Source of the DNA: an uncultured Ignavibacteria bacterium
Lineage (GTDB): Bacteria; Zixibacteria; MSB-5A5; CAIYYT01
DNA length: 64,000 bases
Direction of reading: 5' to 3'
Assembly: GCA_964592145.1 (NCBI GenBank)
Contig: CAZQBX010000013.1
Span: 3,199-67,198 of the forward strand
The notes below the pieces were generated by a model. It did not search any database, was not told the DNA's origin, and saw nothing but the letters and a program-made list of their open reading frames with translations. Each line of letters begins with the position of its first letter. Within the stretch, counting starts at the first letter, position 1. Both the position numbers and the translations under genes were made by a program. Of the stretch, positions 28,007-38,647 are shown piece by piece.

Positions 28007-29724
28007 GATTTGCGCCCCGCATCTCCAGCCGTCGGAAACCGAAGTTCAATATTCGTCCCGGTTCCGGGCTTGCTCTCGAGGCGTATCGATCCGTGATGCG
28101 CCTCGACCATCAATTTCACGTAGCTCAATCCCAACCCAAATCCTTTAACATTGTGGACATTTCCGGAAGGAACGCGATAGTACTTCTCGAATATTGACTT
28201 CTGATCGGTTTCGGCGATTCCCAGTCCCTTGTCGGAAATCATGACGATAAGCTCGGCACCATCATTTTTTGTCGCAACATCTATTTCCGGCGCATCTGGA
28301 GAATACTTAATGGCATTATCGAGTAGATTATTAATGATATTCGTGAGGTGGAGACTATCGCCCAGAACGACATAATCAGTTGCCGCTAAATCGCTGACCA
28401 GCCTGCCCCGCCGATTCTCAATTTGCAGACTAATTCCCTCGACGGCCTTTCGAATGATTTGATGCAGGTCAATTTCCGATAGCTTGAGATCATAGTCGCC
28501 TTCTTCGATGACTGCCATTTGCAGTATCTTCTCGACTTGGTGGCGCATTCTCTGATTTTCATCGAGAATCATCCGGCCATACTTACCGATTCTGTCCGGC
28601 TGATGAATTACATCAGGGCGCATTATCGCTTCACACGCCAGTGCCACTGTTGAAATTGGTGTTTTGAATTCATGGGTCATGTTATTGATGAAGTCAACGA
28701 TCCGCACCGCAAAGCGCTTCTGTGACAACATTACTCTGACAGTATAGGTGAAAACGGCGACTATCACCGCAATAAACAGCAGGTTCGTCAACACCAAAGC
28801 GCTCATTTGCTTCCACAGGTAAACACTGTGTTCTGGGAAGAACACCGCCAGATCGCTGCGCGCCGACAATCGATCGCTGGGGAATAAGCGGGTACGAAAA
28901 TCGGTCTTCATCAGATTCTCGCGCGAATTGTTGGTTGACGCAACTCGAACGGAGTCGCTTTCGCCCGAAAACACGGCATACTCAAAGTCGAGATGGATCC
29001 CTGATTCATTCAACGCCGAACGGAGCAGCGTGTCGAGTTGTTCAGCGGTAATACGCTGCTCAATCGGCTCCAACTCGGCCACGGTCATGTCTGTGACGAT
29101 TCGTTTGAGATAATCCTCTTTGCGCGTCGTCCCGATCACCGGACCCACCGGCATCAGTTGTGAACCGTTGTGCATTTGAAAGATTGCCGACGCCGAATCC
29201 GTACGAAACATGTACATCATTTTACTTCCCGCCCTCGGCAGGTCGCTGACGTCGATCGCGTACTTTCCGGCCGTCCGGAAAGTGTCGACCACGATTCGAT
29301 CCGTGCCTTGCGACTGATCATAGATCTTGATCAAAACATGTTGGGGAGAGGCAACTTCGTAGTGCAGCACGCCGTCTGCAAATGTCAAGGGACAGTCAGC
29401 GATCGCAGCCCCAAACACATTTCTCTCTTCAAAGAACATGCCGTTCACTTCAATCGAGTCACCCCCCAGGGCTGCCGAGCGCGCTACATTTACCTGCCAC
29501 ATCGCTTGCGTCGGAGCTGCAGTCCCCAGGGCAATCGTAAATGTCTCGCTATTTTCCAAGCGCTGCGAGACCGTATTGAGTGCCATCAGCACATTCCGGC
29601 GGAACGCTTGTTCTTTCTGCTCCAAGGCAAGCTGCAACAAGTACACTTGAAGTGCAACCAAACCGCCAAGTGAGATCACCATCAGCGTGATCACGACACC
29701 GACAGAACGACGTGACAGATTCAT
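28003..29724 (-). CDS. Sensor histidine kinase cognate to the OmpR-family regulator
   Basis: Two TM helices with a large periplasmic loop; NMTHEFKTP, NLLDNAIKYS, DKGLGI, GFGLGL; ATGA overlap with the regulator. Confidence 0.95.
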   Translation of the reverse strand: MNLSRRSVGVVITLMVISLGGLVALQVYLLQLALEQKEQAFRRNVLMALNTVSQRLENSETFTIALGTAAPTQAMWQVNVARSAALGGDSIEVNGMFFEERNVFGAAIADCPLTFADGVLHYEVASPQHVLIKIYDQSQGTDRIVVDTFRTAGKYAIDVSDLPRAGSKMMYMFRTDSASAIFQMHNGSQLMPVGPVIGTTRKEDYLKRIVTDMTVAELEPIEQRITAEQLDTLLRSALNESGIHLDFEYAVFSGESDSVRVASTNNSRENLMKTDFRTRLFPSDRLSARSDLAVFFPEHSVYLWKQMSALVLTNLLFIAVIVAVFTYTVRVMLSQKRFAVRIVDFINNMTHEFKTPISTVALACEAIMRPDVIHQPDRIGKYGRMILDENQRMRHQVEKILQMAVIEEGDYDLKLSEIDLHQIIRKAVEGISLQIENRRGRLVSDLAATDYVVLGDSLHLTNIINNLLDNAIKYSPDAPEIDVATKNDGAELIVMISDKGLGIAETDQKSIFEKYYRVPSGNVHNVKGFGLGLSYVKLMVEAHHGSIRLESKPGTGTNIELRFPTAGDAGRKS

Positions 29725-29763
29725 GCTACAATATACGCATGCGAACGCGCGATACCATAGCTC

Positions 29764-29798
29764 TTAACATTTCTTAACAGCCGGTAACAAGCCTTAAC
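29764..29798 (+). promoter_or_regulatory. Four direct repeats of (T/G)TAAC at exact 10-bp spacing; probable OmpR-family binding array
   Basis: TTAAC 29764, TTAAC 29774, GTAAC 29784, TTAAC 29794, between the divergent TCS and the PDZ/ABC operon. Confidence 0.7.
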
Positions 29799-29876
29799 TA
29801 TGCCGTTGGCAACCTGCCGGTTATCCTTGCCGTACGTAGACTAACGATTGCAACCAATCTCAATACGAGGTTTATC

Positions 29877-30695
29877 ATGATGAAAATCCTATTCGAGATC
29901 GCGCTGACACTTCTCATCAGCAGCGTCAGTTCCCTTCTTGGCCAACAGGTGTTCGCCGCCGAAGGTAAGCCGCAGATGCGGATGTTCACCTCTGGCGACG
30001 TCGTCTTCCTCCCTGAGACCGGGGCTGTGATCCTGCTCAAGGACAAGTCAATAGTAATTGATATGGTCAACTCAGCAGATCAACGTGCCAAGGAGTACCG
30101 ATCAACCGACTTGAGGCAAAATGACGAAGTTCTCATGATAAATGGGAAGAAGATCGCGGTCCTATCTGACCTCAAAGCTGCTTATGATTCCCTCGCTGTA
30201 GGCGCTGACGTAAAACTCGGCATACGTCGCGGCAAAGACATGATGATTGTCTCATTTCCCAAGTCTGACCAGGCAAAATCGACACAACATCGGGTGATGA
30301 CATTCGAAACCGGCGGTGCCGGCGACGACGTCAAGGCAGTCGAAAATGGCAAGCAAATCACTTCGATCCACGCGAGCGATGGCGATATCGCGGTCGTGTT
30401 GGAGCTCGGATTGATCGTCGGCGAACTGGATTCCAAAGTCAAGGTCGCCGGGTTGCTGGAGAGCAAGGGAAGCGACGTCAAAAGTGCCGGCGTTCTGGAA
30501 GGTGACATCATCACCGCCATTAACTCTCAAAAAGTCACAAAAGTCAGTGACCTCACAGCTGCGTACGAGAAGGTTGCCGTCGGCTCAGAATTCACCGTCG
30601 CTCTCGACCGAAACGGCAAGACCGTGACAGTAAAAGCTGTCAAGGCTGCCAAAGAAGATGGCCCCAAAATGATCAAGTCCATAAAGAACAACTAA
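29877..30695 (+). CDS. Secreted tandem-PDZ-domain protein
   Basis: Signal peptide; LRQNDEVLMINGKKI and VLEGDIITAINSQKV PDZ-type segments; no protease domain. Confidence 0.8.
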   Translation: MMKILFEIALTLLISSVSSLLGQQVFAAEGKPQMRMFTSGDVVFLPETGAVILLKDKSIVIDMVNSADQRAKEYRSTDLRQNDEVLMINGKKIAVLSDLKAAYDSLAVGADVKLGIRRGKDMMIVSFPKSDQAKSTQHRVMTFETGGAGDDVKAVENGKQITSIHASDGDIAVVLELGLIVGELDSKVKVAGLLESKGSDVKSAGVLEGDIITAINSQKVTKVSDLTAAYEKVAVGSEFTVALDRNGKTVTVKAVKAAKEDGPKMIKSIKNN

Positions 30696-30698
30696 CCG

Positions 30699-32198
30699 AT
30701 GGCACGTTTAGCAGGTCTTCTTCTGACGCTGTGCTTGTGTCTCTGGTTAAGCGGATCGTCTGCTTACGGCCAGAGCAACAACTTCAATCAGCGTGACGAC
30801 AAGTATCGTTTGCTCGGCCTAAAACGAGCAAAGGAAGCCTACGAAGTCTCCCGGGCGGAATACCAACGTCAAGAAGAGATGTTCAACCGACAGCTGATCA
30901 CCAAGTCGGAACTAGAGAGGGCCCGGAACATCTTTTCCGATGCCGAGGTCAATTACCAGCAATCGCTGTTAGCGGTCTTGTTTGAAGAGCAGTATGTGAC
31001 GGTCGAAGGCGCCGTCAAATACCAGGATCAGAATGGACGCAAGCACGTTCGGTTGACTCTGGTCAATGCTTCCGGAGGCAGTGCGGAATTCTACAAGTTG
31101 ATTGAAATGGAAGATGAACTATTTCGGTCGCTCCAGCCGGACGTCATCAACAACATCTACGTTTCGTTGCTCAACGAGAACGGTGCGACGATCAGTCAGC
31201 CCTATGAAGCCAAGATCGAGCAGCTCAAATTCGGCGCTCCGGCTGTCATTGATTTCGCCCTTCTGCAGGATCTCGATGCCGTCACGGTTTACCTCATCTA
31301 CGGCAGCGGCACTCAGCGGAATATGAAAATTTTCCTCCAGAAAGATGCAACTGTCAACAAAGTCGCCGTTCAATCGGAGCAATTCTCACAGGAAGTTGAA
31401 CTCGGCAAATCAGCATCGTTCGACCTGACACTTGAGCTTTATAGCGGCACCGAAAATACTTTCAGCCTCGAAGTTGTGAACCTCCCCGAGCAAATCAGTC
31501 GCTTCTTCAAGGAACCGTCCGGTTCTGCCCGCCTGAGCCAGTTGAAATTCACTGAAAGCACTCACACTAAGAAGGCATCTTTGGAGGTCACGCTTCCTGA
31601 TCGGCCGACACCTGCAGTCGAGATGGACAAGCCGATTGCTTTCTACGTATTAGTCATTCCTCGCGACCGCTTAGATGACCTGCCTGACTTGCGCACCAGA
31701 GAGTGGACGCAAAACGAAGTTGAGGCGCTTGGTGTGGGCTTCGCGAAGATGGAGATTCTTCCCCGCGGCAAGGGTAAACTCCTGGTGCGCGCGACGCAGC
31801 TCTATCATGCGATCAAGTCAGACGGTTCTGTAACGATGAGTATCGACTTAGTTAATGAAGGCAGCCACCGGCTTGACAACATTGAAGTCAAAGCTGATAT
31901 GCCGCTTAACTGGACCAAGCTGATTGAACCGGCAATAGTCTCAAAGCTCGAAATCGGTGGTGAGACCCGTATCAACTTGACTTTCACCCCGTCGAACGAT
32001 GTCTCGGCCGGCAAGTATGAAGTTCGCCTGCGCACGAGTGCTATGTCCAATTCACAGCCGATCGTCAGTGAGGACAAGAGCGTTACCGTCGAGATACTTC
32101 CAGACTCCAACATTCTCGGTACACTCTTGATCCTGGTGCTGATCATTGGTCTGGTGGCAGGCATCGTGATCTTCGGGATCAAACTTTCACGCCGATAA
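30699..32198 (+). CDS. Exported protein with coiled coil, Ig-like/NEW3 domain and C-terminal TM anchor
   Basis: Signal peptide; VNEGSHRLDNIEV...P.NW...AGKYEV (NEW3-like); C-terminal hydrophobic helix plus KLSRR. Confidence 0.7.
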   Translation: MARLAGLLLTLCLCLWLSGSSAYGQSNNFNQRDDKYRLLGLKRAKEAYEVSRAEYQRQEEMFNRQLITKSELERARNIFSDAEVNYQQSLLAVLFEEQYVTVEGAVKYQDQNGRKHVRLTLVNASGGSAEFYKLIEMEDELFRSLQPDVINNIYVSLLNENGATISQPYEAKIEQLKFGAPAVIDFALLQDLDAVTVYLIYGSGTQRNMKIFLQKDATVNKVAVQSEQFSQEVELGKSASFDLTLELYSGTENTFSLEVVNLPEQISRFFKEPSGSARLSQLKFTESTHTKKASLEVTLPDRPTPAVEMDKPIAFYVLVIPRDRLDDLPDLRTREWTQNEVEALGVGFAKMEILPRGKGKLLVRATQLYHAIKSDGSVTMSIDLVNEGSHRLDNIEVKADMPLNWTKLIEPAIVSKLEIGGETRINLTFTPSNDVSAGKYEVRLRTSAMSNSQPIVSEDKSVTVEILPDSNILGTLLILVLIIGLVAGIVIFGIKLSRR

Positions 32199-32229
32199 AC
32201 TCGAAATTGAACAAATATGCGAGGTCCAA

Positions 32230-32991
32230 ATGAGTGAAAATCCGTTGCAGACAACCCAGCCGATGCTCGAAGCTGTCAACTTGACGAAACGTTATGAAGA
32301 CGGCGTGCTGGCTCTCGATCACGTGTCGTTTCAAGTGCACGCCGGCGAGATTTTCGCAATGCTCGGCGGCAATGGCGCCGGCAAAACGACGACAATCAAC
32401 TTGTTCTTGAATTTCATCGAGCCAACCGAAGGCGAGGCACGCATTAATGGCATTGTCACACATCTCGAGCCACTGAGAGCCAAAGAACAGATTGCCTTTG
32501 TTTCCGAAAACGTGATGCTCTATGCCAACTTCACTGCCATTCAGAACCTCGATTTCTTTGCCCGCTTAGGCGGCCAAACTCATTACTCGCGGGATGACTA
32601 TCACAATGTGTTACTGCGCGTTGGTCTTGCCAGGGAAGCGCACAACAAGCGCCTGCGCGGATATTCCAAAGGCATGAGACAAAAATGTGGTATTGCAATT
32701 GCCATTTTGAAAAATGCGCCGGCGATCCTGCTTGATGAGCCCACGTCCGGACTCGACCCCAAAGCCGGGCACGATTTCCTCGAACTGCTTGACTCACTGC
32801 GGTCGGAAGGCAAGGCAATCCTGATGTCGACTCATGATATCTTTCGCGCCAAGGAGATTGCCGATACAGTGGCAATTATGAACGACGGGAAGATCATCAT
32901 GCAGCGCCCGTCGGCAGACCTGGTCAATCTCGATCTCGAGCAACTCTACATGCAATATATGGCCGGACGGTCATCAGAACTGGTCGGTTAG
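32230..32991 (+). CDS. ABC transporter ATP-binding subunit (export type)
   Basis: GGNGAGKTT, YSKGMRQK, LLDEPTSGLDP, STH. Confidence 0.95.
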   Translation: MSENPLQTTQPMLEAVNLTKRYEDGVLALDHVSFQVHAGEIFAMLGGNGAGKTTTINLFLNFIEPTEGEARINGIVTHLEPLRAKEQIAFVSENVMLYANFTAIQNLDFFARLGGQTHYSRDDYHNVLLRVGLAREAHNKRLRGYSKGMRQKCGIAIAILKNAPAILLDEPTSGLDPKAGHDFLELLDSLRSEGKAILMSTHDIFRAKEIADTVAIMNDGKIIMQRPSADLVNLDLEQLYMQYMAGRSSELVG

Positions 32992-33003
32992 GCGGAGGAC
33001 CGT

Positions 33004-34425
33004 ATGCTGAAAATTCTGATCGAAAAGGAAATCCGCGAGATCATCGGCTCCGCCAAGTTCGCCGTGATTTTTGGCGCCTGCGCGATTCTGATTTTGACAT
33101 CATTCTATGTTGGAGCACGTACCTATCAGGCAAATAGAGCGCAGTATGAAGCCGCGAAGGCCGAGAATTTGCGTCAATTCGAAGGCATGACCGACTGGTT
33201 CAATGTCCAACAACATCGTATCTTTCTGCCGCCCCAGCCGCTGGCCTCATTGATCAATGGCGTATCAAACGATATCGGACGCACAACTGAAGTTTGGGGG
33301 CGCGGCGAGTTGTCCGCGCAGGACAGCAAGTTCGGTGATGAACCGATTTATGCCGTATTCCGATTTCTCGATCTGGAGTTCATGTTCCAGGTCGTGCTTT
33401 CACTCTTCGCTGTACTTCTCGGCTATGACGCCATCAGCGGTGAGAAGGAACGTGGAACTCTCAAACTCTCGTTTGCCAATGCCGTTCCGCGCGATAAGTA
33501 TATCCTCGGGAAGATAATCGGCAGCCTGGCTGCGCTTACAGTCCCGCTCATGGTTGCGCTCGGCATCGGAGCTCTTCTTCTGCCTCTCTTGGGAGTCCCC
33601 CTGTCCAGCGACGATTGGCTGCGGCTGTTTCTCGTGATCCTGACCGGTCTGCTTTACTTTGCGGCCTTCCTAACCCTGTCGATTTTCGTCTCCGCCCGCA
33701 CCGAGAGATCATCGAATTCGTTTCTCGTTCTGCTGGTGGTCTGGATTCTCTGTGTATTGATCGTCCCGCGCGCCTCGGTGCTGTTGGCTGGTCGCGCCGT
33801 CGATGTGCCCTCGGTCGACGAAATAGCTGCCCAGAAAGCTCGCTTCCAGCAGCAACAATGGCACGAAGACCGTGCCAGCTGGGCGAATTTCAAACCCACC
33901 AAGAGCGATGACCCGAGCGCCATGATGGACGAGTTGAACCGCTACATGGAAGAACAAGCTGACATTCGGGATAAGAAGATGCAGGAGTTAACTTCACGGC
34001 TAAACGAGCAGCGCTATAACAAACAGGTCGAACAGCAGATTCTTGCATTCAATATGGCCCGCATCTCGCCGGCAGCTACTCTGTCGCTGGGAGTGACAAG
34101 TCTGGCTGGAACTTCAATCACTCTCAAAGACCATTACAATGACGAAGCAAAAGCCTATCAATCACTCTATGCAAATTTCATGAAAGAGAAAACCGGCACC
34201 AATCCCGGCGGACGCATGTTCATGTTTCGCGCCAAAATCGAAGACGGCGAAGAGGTCAAACCGGAGCCGATCAATCCGCTGGAACTGCCGGAGTTTGAAT
34301 ATCACCAGCCCGATTTGGCACAGTCGATTTCGGCAGCCGCACTCGATATGGGGCTATTGGCTTTCTTCAACCTGTTATTCTTCGCGGGAGCATTTGTTTC
34401 GTTCCTGCGATATGATGTCCGTTGA
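33004..34425 (+). CDS. ABC-2 type permease with large extracytoplasmic loops
   Basis: YDAISGEKERGTLKL, multiple TM helices, C-terminal FLRYDVR. Confidence 0.88.
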   Translation: MLKILIEKEIREIIGSAKFAVIFGACAILILTSFYVGARTYQANRAQYEAAKAENLRQFEGMTDWFNVQQHRIFLPPQPLASLINGVSNDIGRTTEVWGRGELSAQDSKFGDEPIYAVFRFLDLEFMFQVVLSLFAVLLGYDAISGEKERGTLKLSFANAVPRDKYILGKIIGSLAALTVPLMVALGIGALLLPLLGVPLSSDDWLRLFLVILTGLLYFAAFLTLSIFVSARTERSSNSFLVLLVVWILCVLIVPRASVLLAGRAVDVPSVDEIAAQKARFQQQQWHEDRASWANFKPTKSDDPSAMMDELNRYMEEQADIRDKKMQELTSRLNEQRYNKQVEQQILAFNMARISPAATLSLGVTSLAGTSITLKDHYNDEAKAYQSLYANFMKEKTGTNPGGRMFMFRAKIEDGEEVKPEPINPLELPEFEYHQPDLAQSISAAALDMGLLAFFNLLFFAGAFVSFLRYDVR

Positions 34426-34449
34426 CAGCCCGCTAAGGAGATTGAGACG

Positions 34450-35916
34450 ATGCTATCAGTGTTGATACAGAAGGAACTCAAGGCCATCATCTTGAGTCCC
34501 AAATTCACCGCCACTTTTATTATCTGCTCGCTGTTGATGCTGTTAAGCGTTTACATCGGAATCCAGGAATACCAAAATTCGGTCAAACAATACGAAGCCG
34601 GCAAGCAGCTGATCGACGAAGGACTCCGCGAGGCAACCTCGTGGAACTCGGTGCGCTACCGCGCATACCGGGCGCCGGACCCGATGCAGATATTTGTATC
34701 TGGGCTCAATTATGACATTGGCCGCTGGTCGGCGATCAACTCCCAGAGTATGGTTAAACTGCGGAACAGTTCCTACACCGACGACCCGATATTCGCCGTC
34801 TTTCGGTTTATTGATTTTGCCTTCATTGTTCTCGTCGTTCTTTCGCTGTTTGCCATCATGTTCACATACGATGCAGTCAACGGCGAACGCGAAGATGGCA
34901 CTCTGAAATTGGTCTTCGCCAATTCAGTGCCTCGGGCCAGGTACATTCTGGCAAAGTGCATTGGTGGTTGGCTGGGATTGGTCATCCCGATTTGCTTACC
35001 GATTCTCTTGAGCATCCTCTTAGTACAATTATTCGACATTCCGCTTTCCGCCGATAACTGGCTGCGGCTGGCGACGTTGATTGCCGCAGCAATTACGTTC
35101 TTCACATTCTTCATAATTCTGGGTGTATTGATATCCGCGCTGACCAGGCGCTCAAGTGTCTCGTTCTTGCTGGCTTTGGTCGCCTGGATTGTATTCGTAC
35201 TGATCATTCCGCGAGCCGGTGTTATCGTCGCCGGACAGATTCTTCCTGTGCCCAGCACCGCAGAAGTTGAAGGACAGGTACAAGGTTTTTCAAAGGATCG
35301 CTGGGCAACGTTCTATACGGCACAGGAAGAGCGCTGGCGCGAGAGAAGCCTGCACAATAGTCAGACTGATGAGGACCTTTCTGCTGTCGAAGAGGAAAAA
35401 CTCTGGAAATACCTCGAAGAGGATGACGCCGCCCGCAAGGCTGTCCAACAGGAGATCGATGAATTCGATCGCAAACTCAATGATGATCTCCGCCATCGTC
35501 GCACTGCGCAAGAACGCCTGGCTTTCTCGCTGTCGCGCATCTCACCGGCATCCGCCTTCCAACTCGCCGCGATGAATCTCGCCGGCTCTGATATCGCTCT
35601 CAAGACCCGCAATGAACAGGCAATGGACCTCTATCGAACAGAATACACACAGTTCGTCCAGGCGAAGCAGGCGGAGTCAGGTCCAGGAGGTGGCGCGTTT
35701 ACCATTCAAATCGATTCCGAAAAAGGCGTCTCGATCGGTACACCGCGCGAACAAGCCGCTATTGACGCGACACAGTTGCCGGTTTTCGTACCCCCGGCGT
35801 TCAGTTTCTCCGATGCCGCTGCGACGTTTCTTCTCGATCTTGGGCTGCTAATGATCTTCTCGGTTATCGCATTCGGCGGAGCATTTGCGGCGTTCCTGCG
35901 CTACGACGTGAGATAG
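34450..35916 (+). CDS. ABC-2 type permease, paralog of the upstream gene
   Basis: YDAVNGEREDGTLKL, same architecture, C-terminal FLRYDVR. Confidence 0.88.
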   Translation: MLSVLIQKELKAIILSPKFTATFIICSLLMLLSVYIGIQEYQNSVKQYEAGKQLIDEGLREATSWNSVRYRAYRAPDPMQIFVSGLNYDIGRWSAINSQSMVKLRNSSYTDDPIFAVFRFIDFAFIVLVVLSLFAIMFTYDAVNGEREDGTLKLVFANSVPRARYILAKCIGGWLGLVIPICLPILLSILLVQLFDIPLSADNWLRLATLIAAAITFFTFFIILGVLISALTRRSSVSFLLALVAWIVFVLIIPRAGVIVAGQILPVPSTAEVEGQVQGFSKDRWATFYTAQEERWRERSLHNSQTDEDLSAVEEEKLWKYLEEDDAARKAVQQEIDEFDRKLNDDLRHRRTAQERLAFSLSRISPASAFQLAAMNLAGSDIALKTRNEQAMDLYRTEYTQFVQAKQAESGPGGGAFTIQIDSEKGVSIGTPREQAAIDATQLPVFVPPAFSFSDAAATFLLDLGLLMIFSVIAFGGAFAAFLRYDVR

Positions 35917-35919
35917 CAC

Positions 35920-35951
35920 AAAAAGGGGCAGACTGACTGTCTGCCCTCTTT
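35920..35951. terminator. Bidirectional intrinsic terminator
   Basis: GGGCAGAC/GTCTGCCC stem with a 5' A-run and 3' T-rich flank between convergent genes. Confidence 0.8.
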
Positions 35952-35980
35952 GCTTCTTCCTTCCGACTGATTCCGGTTGA

Positions 35981-38647
35981 TCAGGAAATGGGAATCCAGT
36001 AGGCAATTTTAAACGCTATGAAGTCCTCACCTTGTGCACCAAACGAATCAAACAGCGATCCGGGACTTACCGTTTTTCCGACATCCTTGCTTTCTCCCAG
36101 ATTTCTCTGCCAGACGAGATATAATGTGCTTCCCGGGCGAAATTCCCAGCGCATGACGACATTGCTTCTAAATGAACGCGCGCCAAAATCAAGGAAGGGC
36201 AAAGTAAAGGACTCGGCGCCGTCAGTGACCGCGTAGTACTGGTCGCCGCTGTCTTCATCACTGACCAACTCGATTGCTGCGCCTTCAGAATGTTCGTAGT
36301 AACGCAGATCGTGCCCTCGCGCCTTGATAAGCTCGCCGTGTTGATGAAACTTCCCGTTTGCGGCATACGGTTCGGCATAAACCTCCAGGCTGAAATTCGA
36401 TGTGAAGTAGTAGTTCATTCGTACCGTCGCCGAAATCGTCGTACGCGCAATCCGCGAGAACACGTACCGGATGCCATAGGTACCTTCTCCGCCGCCGTGA
36501 CCGTCCACCGAGGTCACGTATTGCCTCGGCTGGTCCTCGCGGGTGTACCTGGGATTTAGAGAAAACTCCATGCGATTGCCGACTCTGGTCCATAGGGAGG
36601 TACTGACCGTCCAAAGCCAACCATCAAGTTCATCGATCCCATAATTGAAAGATGCACTGAACCGCGTAGTTCCGGTGTGATTCGTGTTAACTCCGAGATT
36701 CGTAGAATAACCGGCTTCGTTTTGCATCGATGGACCGCCACGGGTTCGTGCATCATCCTGCCCGGGAAACTGCCGTCTCAAGCCCCAATAGAAGTTCAAG
36801 TAGTTGGGCAAAGTGAACTCGGAGTAGACTCCGCTCTCACTGAACTGGCGGTTCCCGCCATAATTCCAGTTGGCGAAACCATAAGCTTCCAGATAATAAT
36901 TGCGAAAGATCTTGCCGGGCTTATTCTCGCGATATCCAATATACATGTTGGCATCGAGATCGTCTGCCTGTCCAAGTACACCGGCATCATTAAGCTCAAA
37001 GTTCGGCGACTCGGCATTGAATGACATGTCCCAAATCCAGTGTTTGCCGCCCGATTTGCGCAGTCCAAACTGGGACGCATAACCGGTCATGGTCGTCCGC
37101 GTCGAATCATATTCTAGATAATCCGCATCCGGGCGCTGGTAATATCGCGCGCTCGATCGCTGTGCTCGGATAATTGCCGTACGCGAACCCCGGATGTGCG
37201 AGAAACCGCTGTGACCGTAAAGTTCGTATATGCCCTGCTTGAATTTCAGCCGCCAGTCGGCTCCGCCAGTGAAGGCGCTCTTTCGCAGCCTGTCCTCCAG
37301 GCGGGTGACATTGTTGAGATCTCTTCCTAATCCGGTAAATGAAACCCCTACAGTTGATCGCTCCTTGCCAAATTGTTGCTCGATGCGCGCAACCGAATAG
37401 AAAGTCATTGGTTCAATCTGTGTTTCAAATGTCGAATCGTTCTCGCGATCAAAGTTCTTTGCGAACTCGCGCTGTGTTAAGGCAGTCAGTAGTCCAACGG
37501 ATGTACCGGACTTCAATCTTCCGGTAATCTTGGAAGCGCCTAAGATCGTTGAATTCGAGGGCTGGTGGACGATATCGCCGATACCGTTGTCGCGCGGCGG
37601 ACCGCCAACACGGCGGGAATAGAAGTAGCTCGGACCGTTGCCTTCGAGAAGAAGGCCGCCCTCGGTAAAGAACGGACGCTTCTCGCTGTAGATGGTCTCA
37701 AAAGCGCTAAGATTGATGACCGCCGGATCGGCCTCGACCTGCCCGAAGTCAGGATTGAAAGTCGCATCGAGAGTCAGGTTCGGTCCGAGTCCCATCTTCA
37801 GGTCGCCGCCAATGCGTGGATCCAGCTCCTGGCCGTCTTCGAATGGGTTATCAGAGAAATCACCATCGACAAAGCTGGCGTCGGACGCAAAATAAGGAAG
37901 CGCTTCGATACGACGCGAGGGTTTGATACCGGCAATTCCGGTCAAGTCGCCAAAGCGAGACACAAACCCCGCCTCGTCGCGGGGCGTGTACACCCAATAG
38001 GTGTCTTCATTGCGCTCGGGAATCCAGCGATTGAAATTTATGCCCCAAACCTGCTCCGGCTTGGCAGTAAATCGCAATTGCGAAAACGGGATGGCGATTT
38101 CAGCAATCCAGCCCTTGTCATCAACGCTGGTGTGCGCATGCCAGACTGGATTAAACGAATAGTCTGCGCCGCCCTCGGAATCTTGAGGATAATATCGGTC
38201 AAATCGAACCCCTGACGTATTCACGCCAAAGCCAAAACCGGTGCGGCGATCATAATAGGAATCAATTGAGATGATAAATTGCTCGGCCGGTCCTTGGTTG
38301 TCGCGGCGCTCAAGGTGCATTCGCAGCTTTTCCGGTGAATCGCAGTATAACCGTGCCCCGACATATAACGTGTTCTCGTCATAGACAACTGCAACCTCGG
38401 TTTTTTCGAGCGGTGCGGCGCCTTCATCAGGGACTTTTTGCAGGAAGTCCGAGTGAAATTCAGCCTTCTGCCAGATCGGATCGTCCAGTCGTCCATCAAT
38501 TCTTGGTGCGAGCTGAGCAGCCTGGACCGCTCTGATCGTCTTTCTTACCGAGTTTGGATTTGGCTGCGCGCTGCCTTGATTTACGGTGCCGAAGATAAAT
38601 ACTCCCGGCAAGACGAGAGGCAGAAGGCAATTCCCTATTGAGCGCAT
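35981..38647 (-). CDS. CBM9-like/DUF5916 outer-membrane protein (second paralog)
   Basis: PRIDGRLDDPIW, YDENTLYV, WIAEIAIPFSQLRF, NPDFGQVEAD, EKRPFFTEG; C-terminal FKIAYW. Confidence 0.82.
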   Translation of the reverse strand: MRSIGNCLLPLVLPGVFIFGTVNQGSAQPNPNSVRKTIRAVQAAQLAPRIDGRLDDPIWQKAEFHSDFLQKVPDEGAAPLEKTEVAVVYDENTLYVGARLYCDSPEKLRMHLERRDNQGPAEQFIISIDSYYDRRTGFGFGVNTSGVRFDRYYPQDSEGGADYSFNPVWHAHTSVDDKGWIAEIAIPFSQLRFTAKPEQVWGINFNRWIPERNEDTYWVYTPRDEAGFVSRFGDLTGIAGIKPSRRIEALPYFASDASFVDGDFSDNPFEDGQELDPRIGGDLKMGLGPNLTLDATFNPDFGQVEADPAVINLSAFETIYSEKRPFFTEGGLLLEGNGPSYFYSRRVGGPPRDNGIGDIVHQPSNSTILGASKITGRLKSGTSVGLLTALTQREFAKNFDRENDSTFETQIEPMTFYSVARIEQQFGKERSTVGVSFTGLGRDLNNVTRLEDRLRKSAFTGGADWRLKFKQGIYELYGHSGFSHIRGSRTAIIRAQRSSARYYQRPDADYLEYDSTRTTMTGYASQFGLRKSGGKHWIWDMSFNAESPNFELNDAGVLGQADDLDANMYIGYRENKPGKIFRNYYLEAYGFANWNYGGNRQFSESGVYSEFTLPNYLNFYWGLRRQFPGQDDARTRGGPSMQNEAGYSTNLGVNTNHTGTTRFSASFNYGIDELDGWLWTVSTSLWTRVGNRMEFSLNPRYTREDQPRQYVTSVDGHGGGEGTYGIRYVFSRIARTTISATVRMNYYFTSNFSLEVYAEPYAANGKFHQHGELIKARGHDLRYYEHSEGAAIELVSDEDSGDQYYAVTDGAESFTLPFLDFGARSFRSNVVMRWEFRPGSTLYLVWQRNLGESKDVGKTVSPGSLFDSFGAQGEDFIAFKIAYWIPIS

